From an uncultured bacterium (GTDB lineage Bacteria; Chlamydiota; Chlamydiia; Chlamydiales; JAAZZY01), in assembly GCA_964351075.1 (NCBI GenBank), contig CAYGMF010000004.1, positions 1-33,412 of the forward strand: 33,412 bases of DNA, in the 5' to 3' direction. Positions 9,292 through 17,228 of the stretch are shown piece by piece (position 1 is the first letter of the stretch; each line of letters starts with the position of its first letter). A program made the position numbers and the translations under genes. The notes under the pieces are model-generated. The model did not search any database. It was not told the origin of the DNA and saw only the letters and a program-made list of their open reading frames with translations.

Positions 9292-10305
9292 ATGTCAGTT
9301 CAAAAGATTTTTTTAACTACAACTATTGGTTTGTTTGCGCTTATTGCCATCCTGGGCTGGGCTAAAAAAGGAAAAGAAAAAGCAACCCTTCCAGTAAATC
9401 AAAGTGCAGTTCAAGAAATTGCATTCAATGAACAAAATGACCCTGTTTCAGTCGATTCAGAAATCCTACACGCCCCTATTGTTGCTAAGACAGAAGATGT
9501 GCGCAAAACCGATTTATTAGATGGGAATCTCCCTGTTGCCAATTATATCGAAAGCTTTTTTGATCCAGCAGCGTTAAAATTACCTATTGTCGAAACGGTT
9601 CTCTATTCGAGCCGTGTTCCATGGTTAAAAGGAAAATCTGCTTGGGTTTCTGACTACGCCTCCTTCTATAAAACATCTAAGCACTTCATTGCCAGAAGCC
9701 TCAATAATAAACCCGATTACTTCTCTCAAGACGTAAAACATGGAGATCGCTTCAATGTTTTAAGAACGGATAAAGACTTTTACTTTTACTTACTTGTTGA
9801 CCTCTCACGCTGTAAACTCTGGTTCTATTACATAGATAATGAAACCCTAGATAGAGTGCTTGTAAAAACATATGATCTAGCACTTGGACGCTTAGATGAA
9901 ATGAAAGGCTCCGGCTCGCTAACACCAATAGGGAAATACACCCTAGGTGATCGTATTGCAGTATATCGTCCAGGAGTCATGGGATTTCATAATAATCAAT
10001 CAGTTGAAATGGTAAAAGTATTTGGGACCCGCTGGATTCCCTTCGGTAAGGAACTTGAAAACTGTTCGGCTCCTGCCAAAGGACTTGGCCTGCATGGAAA
10101 CCCTCTACAATACGATGCACAAACAGGCAAGTGGAAAGAAGATACCTCTGGGATTGGAGGATACACAAGCGATGGATGTATAAGAATGTCTAAGTCTGCA
10201 ATGGAGGAACTTTTTTCTATTATTGTATCAAGACAGACAGTCGTTGAAATTGTACGCGATTTTCACGATGCAAAACTTCCAGGAAAAGAAAAAAATTTAA
10301 ATTAA
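9292..10305 (+). CDS. L,D-transpeptidase (YkuD domain), N-terminally membrane-anchored
   Basis: N-terminal TM or signal anchor (IFLTTTIGLFALIAILGWA). C-terminal YkuD signature GLHGNP...GGYTSDGCIRMSKSAMEELF (His and Cys of the H..(S/T)xGCxR motif). SD GAGGGG upstream. Confidence 0.8.
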   Translation: MSVQKIFLTTTIGLFALIAILGWAKKGKEKATLPVNQSAVQEIAFNEQNDPVSVDSEILHAPIVAKTEDVRKTDLLDGNLPVANYIESFFDPAALKLPIVETVLYSSRVPWLKGKSAWVSDYASFYKTSKHFIARSLNNKPDYFSQDVKHGDRFNVLRTDKDFYFYLLVDLSRCKLWFYYIDNETLDRVLVKTYDLALGRLDEMKGSGSLTPIGKYTLGDRIAVYRPGVMGFHNNQSVEMVKVFGTRWIPFGKELENCSAPAKGLGLHGNPLQYDAQTGKWKEDTSGIGGYTSDGCIRMSKSAMEELFSIIVSRQTVVEIVRDFHDAKLPGKEKNLN

Positions 10306-10320
10306 GTGAGGACGAGTCCA

Positions 10321-11328
10321 ATGGACACACTACCACATGAAAGGCAAATTAAAGATTATGAGAAAATGATTTCTCAACTCAAAAAACAAAGCTCCGCCAA
10401 GCATACGCTTTGGTCTGAAAGCGAACTACACAGACTTGAAAAAAAATTGCAACTCTTGAAGAAAAAAGTGTATTCAGAACTCACTCCATGGGAGCGTGTG
10501 ACTATTTCAAGACACCCTCAAAGGCCTCACTCCAGCGACTTTATCAAAAACATGTGTGAAGATTTTCACGAACTGTTCGGTGACCGAGCATTTGGAGATG
10601 ACCATGCTGTAATTGGAGGCCTTGCTACAATTCAAGGAGAAAAAGTTGTTATCATTGGTCAGGAAAAGGGGAATGATACTGAAAGCCGTCTCTACAGAAA
10701 TTTTGGAATGGTTCATCCAGAAGGATTCCGAAAGGCTCTAAGACTTATGAAGCTTGCTGAAAAGTTTAACTTGCCTATTGTTTCTTTAATTGACACCCCT
10801 GGTGCTTATCCTGGCCTATCTGCAGAAGAGCGAGGGCAAGGCCTCGTCATTGCACAAAACCTTTATGAAATGTATCAGATTGAAACTCCTATTATCGTTG
10901 TAGTTATTGGAGAGGGGTGTTCCGGAGGTGCTCTTGCTATGGCTATTGGTGACGTAGTAGGAATGCTTGAACACGCTTATTATTCTGTAATTTCTCCGGA
11001 AGGATGTGCTTCGATCCTTTGGAAAGATGCACAAAAGAATGCTGAAGCTGCCACGACACTTAAGTTAAACTCTGAAAACCTTATGGATTTAAATATTGTA
11101 GATACCATTATTAAAGAACCTTTAGGTGGGGCTCATCATGATCCTCAGTTTACTTATAATGAAGTCCAAAAGTTTATATTTGAAGAATTAAAAAGACTTA
11201 AAACTTTATCTTCTGATATGCTCCCCGAATTGCGTTACTGCAAATTTAGAAAGATTGGTAAAGTAGCACCAAAACAAGGGGATAGTATAGACAATGTTAG
11301 GACTGATAAGAATAGCGCTTCAAAATAG
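10321..11328 (+). CDS. accA: Acetyl-CoA carboxylase carboxyltransferase alpha subunit
   Basis: [32 protein letters not shown] and [10 protein letters not shown] motifs. The ORF extends to GTG 10306, but ATG 10321 has GAGGA 8 nt upstream. Confidence 0.93.
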   Translation: MDTLPHERQIKDYEKMISQLKKQSSAKHTLWSESELHRLEKKLQLLKKKVYSELTPWERVTISRHPQRPHSSDFIKNMCEDFHELFGDRAFGDDHAVIGGLATIQGEKVVIIGQEKGNDTESRLYRNFGMVHPEGFRKALRLMKLAEKFNLPIVSLIDTPGAYPGLSAEERGQGLVIAQNLYEMYQIETPIIVVVIGEGCSGGALAMAIGDVVGMLEHAYYSVISPEGCASILWKDAQKNAEAATTLKLNSENLMDLNIVDTIIKEPLGGAHHDPQFTYNEVQKFIFEELKRLKTLSSDMLPELRYCKFRKIGKVAPKQGDSIDNVRTDKNSASK

Positions 11329-13324
11329 ACGATACCTCGTACTTCTCATATTCACAGTTATTCTCTCACTTTTTATGACAATTGCCTCCCAGATGGAGGC
11401 ATTCGCTATGGGTCTTTTAACAAACCAAGGACCTGATGTCTTTGCCCTTTTTGCTAATCACAAAAGAATTGAACAAGAACAAGCTGGATTTCAAAAAGAG
11501 CGTGAAGAAAACTCTAAAACTAGCAAATACATGGGTAAGAAGAACCGTGGTCCTAAAAACGATAAAATTTATATCGAAGATATTCATGAAAGATGGCCTG
11601 AACTAGACCTAGACAACAAGGGCTACATTACTAAAACAGACGCATCCGATTACATGAGCCGAGGCAAAGGTTTTAACCTTTTAACCTCCATTATGCATAA
11701 GACTAAAGAAAAGTATAAAATTGCAAACAATATTGGGCTTCTGATGCTCATGCTTAGTATGGTTGCGCTCTTTAAAGTAACTTGTGCGTTTTTTAACAGA
11801 TATACCACTACGTTGGTAGGGATTCGTGTTGGAAAAAATTTAAGGGAAAAATATTTTGAGCACTTGCAGACCCTACCCATGAGCTTTTTCCAAAAGCAGA
11901 ATATAGGGGGGCTATCTGCCCGTGTCAGTGGAGATGCAGGGGCTGTTTCAGGAGCGATTATTTCATTTATCATGAACTACTGCCAGATGCCTTTCACAAT
12001 CATCACAAGTCTTTATGTTTTGTTTAAGCTTTCTTTCCAGTTGACTCTCATTATCTTTATAGGTCTTCCTCTTATAGGCCTTCCTATCTATTACTTATCG
12101 AGAAAAGCTAGAAAATCTCAAAAAGAGATGCAAATCTACGGGGAACAATTTGCACACATCTTAATCGACTATTTAGCGGGAATACAAACGGTTAAACTCT
12201 TCAATATGGAGAAATTCTCCTCCAAAAAGTATTGTGACATGAACAATCTTTCTGCAAAGATCGAAGAAAAAATTTCTCTTTATGGCTACATAGCAAGACC
12301 TATTTTGCATATGATAGGAACGTTCTTCTTGGGAGTGATTATTGTATATGGACTCTATTTCGCTAAAATGACTGTTTCTGACTTAGTAGTCTATACCGCT
12401 ATCATGCACCTTTTCTATGAACCGATCAAAAAGTTTGGCGAACAGAACATTAATATTCAAAGAGGACTTGCAGCAGCAGACAGGATGTTCATGGTCCTTA
12501 ATGAAAAATCAGATCTTCAAGATAAAGACGACGCTATCGATTTTGCTGAGTTTAATGACAAGATCGAATTTAAGAATGTTTCGTTTAAATATGAAGATAC
12601 TTGGGTGTTAAAGGACATGAGCTTCACAGTTGAAAAAGGTCAAACAGTTGCTTTAGTCGGTCCAACTGGAGCAGGAAAGTCAACAATAGCCCAGCTCCTC
12701 CCTAGGCTCTATGATGTCAATAAAGGGTCTATTGATATAGATGGAGTTCCTGTTACAGATTATAAACAAAGAAGTTTAAGAGAAGGGATCTCTTTTGTAG
12801 CTCAAAAACCTTTCCTCTTTTTTGATACAGTTGCGAACAACATTAGTTATGGAAGAGACTATACAAGGGAAGAAATAGAACTAGCTGCACAAAGAGCGCA
12901 TGCAGACGAATTCATCCAGTGTCTTCCTCAAAAATATGATACTCCTCTAGCTGAAATGGGTAAGAGCTTATCAGGGGGGCAACAACAAAGACTTGCAATC
13001 TCTAGAGCTCTTGTTAAAAAAGCACCTATCCTTGTCATGGATGAGGCAACCTCGTCTTTAGATTCTATTAGTGAAAATAGAATTAAAATGGCCATTGAAG
13101 AACTTAGAGGCTCAATGACGCAGATCATCATCGCTCATAGACTCTCAACTATCGAGCACGCTGATAAAATCGTTTACTTGGAATTTGGCGCTAAAGTTGC
13201 TGAGGGAACTAAAGATGAACTCTATGAAAATTGTCAGGGCTTTAAAGCGATGTGGGATATGATGTTCAAAAGAGAAAGGGACGAAAAAGAAGAGGAAAAA
13301 GAGGCTATTGCAACAACAGAATAA
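11294..13324 (+). CDS. msbA: ABC exporter, fused permease/ATPase (MsbA/lipid A flippase-like) with about a 100-aa insert in the first extracytoplasmic loop
   Basis: Six-TM exporter domain followed by Walker [10 protein letters not shown], signature LSGGQQQR, Walker [10 protein letters not shown] and H-loop IAHRLST. It overlaps the accA 3' end by 35 nt. The gene symbol rests on synteny and family only. Confidence 0.85.
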   Translation: MLGLIRIALQNRRYLVLLIFTVILSLFMTIASQMEAFAMGLLTNQGPDVFALFANHKRIEQEQAGFQKEREENSKTSKYMGKKNRGPKNDKIYIEDIHERWPELDLDNKGYITKTDASDYMSRGKGFNLLTSIMHKTKEKYKIANNIGLLMLMLSMVALFKVTCAFFNRYTTTLVGIRVGKNLREKYFEHLQTLPMSFFQKQNIGGLSARVSGDAGAVSGAIISFIMNYCQMPFTIITSLYVLFKLSFQLTLIIFIGLPLIGLPIYYLSRKARKSQKEMQIYGEQFAHILIDYLAGIQTVKLFNMEKFSSKKYCDMNNLSAKIEEKISLYGYIARPILHMIGTFFLGVIIVYGLYFAKMTVSDLVVYTAIMHLFYEPIKKFGEQNINIQRGLAAADRMFMVLNEKSDLQDKDDAIDFAEFNDKIEFKNVSFKYEDTWVLKDMSFTVEKGQTVALVGPTGAGKSTIAQLLPRLYDVNKGSIDIDGVPVTDYKQRSLREGISFVAQKPFLFFDTVANNISYGRDYTREEIELAAQRAHADEFIQCLPQKYDTPLAEMGKSLSGGQQQRLAISRALVKKAPILVMDEATSSLDSISENRIKMAIEELRGSMTQIIIAHRLSTIEHADKIVYLEFGAKVAEGTKDELYENCQGFKAMWDMMFKRERDEKEEEKEAIATTE

Positions 13325-13326
13325 AG

Positions 13327-14028
13327 TTAGTTAGCTGTTAAAAGCCCTAACTTCTCAAAGCTGTTCTTTAAATCTTTGTTGTCTTTCTTGTCTAATGCCC
13401 CATTACTTGTTAACCATTCTATGTAACTAGGGGGGACAACTTGCAAAGGTTTTCCTTTGTATTTCCCAAACGGCATTATTTGGATAAACTGCCCAACTTC
13501 TAATAGCTCATAAACAGTATCCATAGAAAGATCGCCTATCATAGCTTGGAAAACTCTGTGAAGAGTAATGACGTCATCTAAGGCTCTGTGCGCATTGTTT
13601 TCAGGAAACCCATAGGTTTCCCTAAGAACTTGTAGAGAATGCCTTGGTAGGTCTGGTCTGTAGCGCCTGGCCCACTTTAAACTATCTAAGAATTTCCAAT
13701 CAGGAAACTCTAATTCGTGTCTAGCAAACTCATTTTGCAACATGGGTTCATCGAATTGATTGTTATTATGAGCAATTAAAACAGTTTCTCCTTCACAAAA
13801 CTTAACAAAGTCCCCAGCTACTTTTTTAAAAGAGGGCTTACCAGCGACCATTTCGTCCGTAATATGATGAATGGCGGTTGCACCAGGAGGAATTGGGATA
13901 TCGGGTTTGATTAGCTCTTCAAAAGTCCTATCTTGCTCTGGATCATAGGCTGCAAGCTCTATAATGAAATCGTTTTTAGTACTCACACCTGTTGTTTCTG
14001 TATCATAGAAAATAGGACGTAGGGCCAT
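13327..14028 (-). CDS. DEDDh 3'-5' exonuclease (DnaQ/epsilon-like) with a C-terminal ExoX-C/DUF3820-like module
   Basis: Exo I FYDTETTG, Exo II IAHNNNQFDEPML and Exo III HRALDDV. The C-terminal MPFGKYKGKPLQVVPPSYIEWL motif is typical of DUF3820/ExoX C-terminal domains. Confidence 0.85.
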   Translation of the reverse strand: MALRPIFYDTETTGVSTKNDFIIELAAYDPEQDRTFEELIKPDIPIPPGATAIHHITDEMVAGKPSFKKVAGDFVKFCEGETVLIAHNNNQFDEPMLQNEFARHELEFPDWKFLDSLKWARRYRPDLPRHSLQVLRETYGFPENNAHRALDDVITLHRVFQAMIGDLSMDTVYELLEVGQFIQIMPFGKYKGKPLQVVPPSYIEWLTSNGALDKKDNKDLKNSFEKLGLLTAN

Positions 14029-14196
14029 TTAAAACCCTCCCTGGTTAGGAATAGAAGACTGTGTGTCATCTTGAAATACTCTAGGATTGTTTGTAATCGG
14101 AATTAAAGTTGCCGTATCTTCTGTCGGCATTTTATAAATGCAAGAAGTGAGTACAATAAAAAGTGTAGCAAAAAAAAAGTATTTAATTTTCCTCAT
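14029..14196 (-). CDS. Small (55 aa) predicted lipoprotein, not in the ORF track
   Basis: My translation is MRKIKYFFFATLFIVLTSCIYKMPTEDTATLIPITNNPRVFQDDTQSSIPNQGGF*. It has a basic n-region, a hydrophobic core and the lipobox L-T-S-C. Its start overlaps the upstream gene by 14 nt, its stop TAA directly abuts the exonuclease ATG, and its last codons supply GGAGGG as that gene's SD. Confidence 0.55.
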   Translation of the reverse strand: MRKIKYFFFATLFIVLTSCIYKMPTEDTATLIPITNNPRVFQDDTQSSIPNQGGF

Positions 14197-14791
14197 GAAT
14201 TTCATAGTCCGTTTTTATGTTTTTTGAGTTAAAAAAAGGTTTTAAGGCCTTCTCTGAAAGCTTGCGTTGTAAAATTTGGGTAAACGAAAACCTAGATGCC
14301 AAATCTTTAGTCTTTTCTACTTCGGCAGGGGTAAAATTTTCAGCATCATTGGGGCATTGCATCAAAAATTGAACGCCGCCCGATTGTGAATCTGAAATAA
14401 CTAGCTGCTTACCACCAACTTCTATTAAATAAAGCATCGATTTTTGTGATAAATTACGCCTTTCTAAGACTTTGATCCTATTTTGCAGGTTTACTTGCTT
14501 AACACGTTTATTCAGGTATCCCTTTAAAAACCAAGCGATAATGAGTACTCCACCTAAAATAAGGCCTAAAATGAGCATCATTCTAAAAAATTGTTGCCAG
14601 TAGTTATATTCGCCAGGCTCCGAAGAATCCTCCATAAAAAGAGGGGGGGGGTCTTCGTCTAACTGGACGACTTCCTTAGTCATGCTGGGTTCTGATGTCA
14701 ATTGATTAACATCGCTCAAGGAAAAACTTGAATGAAGAACAAAATTGAAAGCTAGAAAGAAGAGAATAAAGATTTTTTTATAAGCGCGCAT
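14183..14791 (-). CDS. FliO/FliZ-like single-pass membrane protein (orphan)
   Basis: Signal peptide MRAYKKIFILFFLAFNFVLHSSFS, an acidic/Pro-rich linker, the TM helix FFRMMLILGLILGGVLIIAWFL, a basic patch, then IKVLERRNLSQKSMLYLIEVGGKQLVISDSQSGGVQFL. This is the architecture and core pattern of the FliO family (PF04347). Assigned by eye only. Confidence 0.5.
   Translation of the reverse strand: MRAYKKIFILFFLAFNFVLHSSFSLSDVNQLTSEPSMTKEVVQLDEDPPPLFMEDSSEPGEYNYWQQFFRMMLILGLILGGVLIIAWFLKGYLNKRVKQVNLQNRIKVLERRNLSQKSMLYLIEVGGKQLVISDSQSGGVQFLMQCPNDAENFTPAEVEKTKDLASRFSFTQILQRKLSEKALKPFFNSKNIKTDYEIHEEN
14643..14651 (-). repeat. C9 (plus-strand G9) homopolymer inside the FliO-like CDS
   Basis: gaC CCC CCC CCt encodes D-P-P-P. 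It is the only 9-nt G/C homopolymer I noticed in this AT-rich window. Confidence 0.9.
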
Positions 14792-14872
14792 AATGAACTC
14801 TTGAGGAAAATAATTCCGAAAAGATGTATCATAGTCTAGATTTTATTATTTATATATTTTTTTCTAGCTAAA

Positions 14873-15745
14873 ATGAATCCTTCTTCTAAAAATTCCCCTT
14901 CAAAGGGATGGATCTGCTTAGATATCGATGGGACCCTCACCGATGAAATACTCTCTATCCCTAATGCAGTTTTAAATACACTAAAGGAGCTTCATCAAGA
15001 TCATTGGAAAATAGTCTTTGTAACAGGAAGGCTCTTTACTCTGGCCAATAAAGTTTTAGAAACACTAGGATTTCCCTATCACTTAGTTCCGCAAAATGGT
15101 GCTTCTTGGTATGAAATGCCTTCAAAAAAGAGGGGAGGGAAGCGTTACTTGCCTCTTGCAACTTTCTTAGAGCTGCAACCTTTATTAACTAATACCTCGC
15201 TTGACTTCCTGCTAGTAAGTGGAAGAGAAGAGGGAGATCAATGTTTTTATAGACCCGACCATCTCACAGATGAAACCTGCCAACATTTTAGAGATCATCT
15301 TTCCAAATATGGTGGACATTGGAAAGCGGTTTCATCTTTTAATGAACTAGAAGTTGGAGAGTTTCCCTATGGCAAAATTTATGGACCCAAAAAAGAGCTG
15401 GAAGAACTACTTCCTAGACTTAAAAAAGTATCTTCCATTCAAACACATTTAGTCCAAGATAGTGCACGAAAAAACTACTCCATCATTCAAATAATGAGGC
15501 ATGACGTTAGTAAGGGATCCGCAGTGCTTGAACTTATTGGTAATAATGTTTTACCTACTCGAATTATTTCTGCAGGAAATGACCTTAATGATGAGACCTT
15601 GCTCGATATCGCAGATATTAAAATTGTGATGCCAAGTGCACCAAAGCTTCTCTTAGATAAAGCAGATATCATTGCGCCTCCAGTAGAGGAATTTGGAATC
15701 ATTCCAGCTCTTAAAATGGCAGTAAAACAAGCAGAGGCATTATGA
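14873..15745 (+). CDS. HAD-superfamily hydrolase, Cof/subfamily IIB-type (sugar-phosphatase-like)
   Basis: Motif I CLDIDGTLT (DxDxT), motif II VTGR and motif IV GNDLNDETLL, with a cap insertion typical of IIB. Confidence 0.85.
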   Translation: MNPSSKNSPSKGWICLDIDGTLTDEILSIPNAVLNTLKELHQDHWKIVFVTGRLFTLANKVLETLGFPYHLVPQNGASWYEMPSKKRGGKRYLPLATFLELQPLLTNTSLDFLLVSGREEGDQCFYRPDHLTDETCQHFRDHLSKYGGHWKAVSSFNELEVGEFPYGKIYGPKKELEELLPRLKKVSSIQTHLVQDSARKNYSIIQIMRHDVSKGSAVLELIGNNVLPTRIISAGNDLNDETLLDIADIKIVMPSAPKLLLDKADIIAPPVEEFGIIPALKMAVKQAEAL

Positions 15746-17157
15746 AGACCCAATTAAAAGTAGACCGAAAAAAAATACTAGATTTACTGAAACCATTTTT
15801 AAGCGCTGAAACAGATTTTTTGCAGTTAAATCCTTCTCAGAGGCCTTACGCAAGAGCAGATACTATCCCTTTGTCTACTAATTTTCTCTATCTGCTTCTT
15901 TTATTTAGAACAAAGGACAGAGCTTATATAGAAAGAGCAATGAAAGCTCTTGACCAGCTCTTATATTTTCAAGGCCAAGAAGGAGTAACAAAAGGCAACT
16001 TTCCTGTCTTTTTACACCAATACCCTTTTTGTGAACGTTACTTTGAAGTGATCGATTCTCTTTTTCCTCTCTACTGGATTGCTAAAGAATTTTCACACAT
16101 TTTGAACCCAGAGTTAAGGGAAAAACTGCATAGAGCTTTAGAATTAGGGATATGCTGTATAGATTCACGAGATCAAGGGAAAAACTATTCTTATCTTCTC
16201 TCTTTACAAAGGGGGACGCTAACTTATGCAGTAGGAACGCTCTTAAACAACATGGATTGGAAACAAAAAGGGGCCTCTGACCTCTCAAAGCTTGCAAATA
16301 GAGGGAGTCAAGAATGTTGGGGATCTCCTAGAGCACTCTCAAAAATGTTGATTGCTTTAGAGTTGATAATGACTCTTCCTGAAAAACAAAACTGGAACTC
16401 ATTTTGGTCCTACCTAAAAAAAACGTGGCACGGTGAAATGAGTACCTACGTAGGTCCCGCGCTTTCTGAACATTTTGAAAAAGATCATAATGAAGGAACT
16501 CTTTATCATCATTATATGATAAGGAATTTTGGGACGAAATCGAATCTGAACTTTTCACCCATCATTCTCTTAGAAGGGGAGCTTGTAACATCTGACCATG
16601 ATTTTGATTTAGAAGGGGTTGAGGACTGTTCCACAGCTTTAGAAAACTATACTTGGCACACTTCTCACACTCCTCAAACAGCCTACTCTTTCTTCAATCT
16701 AAATGCTGACTATTGGGTTAAAACAGGGGGCTATTATCCTCTTAAAATAGCATTTAAAAATGAACAGCAGGTAGATTCCTTTGTGCTTCAAATGGGAACC
16801 CACGTATCCATTAAGGCTGTTTCTTTAAATAAGCTTCTTTTAACTTTTAATCCACAAGAAGGCGAAGATCTAGAGGCCTACTTTTTTTGGAATTTATCTT
16901 CAAAAATGGAGGCTACAATCGATGGACAAAAAGCCTCTTCTTTTACACTAGATCATCCGCTTGAACTCCGCTTTAAATCCAATCTAATTCGTATCTCTTT
17001 TCCCGACTGCCCAAAAAATATTTGGGGTCAGATCATGCAACGAAATAGACGTACCCAACTGATATGTGAAGACTATCAAACTTTTGATGGACACCTCTAT
17101 TTTAGAGAAATAAAAGCTCTTGAACAACCTTTTCAGATATTATTAGAACTCCTTTGA
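15742..17157 (+). CDS. Hypothetical protein, 471 aa; helical N-terminal half plus beta-rich C-terminal half
   Basis: Its start overlaps the HAD stop (ATGA) and AGAGG lies upstream. No motif recognised. Confidence 0.7.
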   Translation: MKTQLKVDRKKILDLLKPFLSAETDFLQLNPSQRPYARADTIPLSTNFLYLLLLFRTKDRAYIERAMKALDQLLYFQGQEGVTKGNFPVFLHQYPFCERYFEVIDSLFPLYWIAKEFSHILNPELREKLHRALELGICCIDSRDQGKNYSYLLSLQRGTLTYAVGTLLNNMDWKQKGASDLSKLANRGSQECWGSPRALSKMLIALELIMTLPEKQNWNSFWSYLKKTWHGEMSTYVGPALSEHFEKDHNEGTLYHHYMIRNFGTKSNLNFSPIILLEGELVTSDHDFDLEGVEDCSTALENYTWHTSHTPQTAYSFFNLNADYWVKTGGYYPLKIAFKNEQQVDSFVLQMGTHVSIKAVSLNKLLLTFNPQEGEDLEAYFFWNLSSKMEATIDGQKASSFTLDHPLELRFKSNLIRISFPDCPKNIWGQIMQRNRRTQLICEDYQTFDGHLYFREIKALEQPFQILLELL

Positions 17158-17161
17158 GAAT

Positions 17162-17218
17162 ACAGCTAATATATTTCTCGAAAGAAAATATAGAAGTTGT
17201 ATACTAGCTGTTTTTTTT
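17162..17218 (+). terminator. Candidate intrinsic terminator after the 471-aa ORF
   Basis: ACAGCTA (17162-17168) / TAGCTGT (17205-17211) closes an internally paired AT-rich loop and is followed by T8 (17211-17218). Confidence 0.5.
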
Positions 17219-17228
17219 GGGGGAAAGT

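Noticed and set aside
11606-11641. EF-hand calcium-binding loop in the MsbA-like insert
   Set aside because: It is not called as a real EF-hand. Lys occupies the position-5 ligand site, the residue after position 12 is Ala rather than hydrophobic, and there is only a single loop with no paired hand. It is kept only as a note inside the insert finding.
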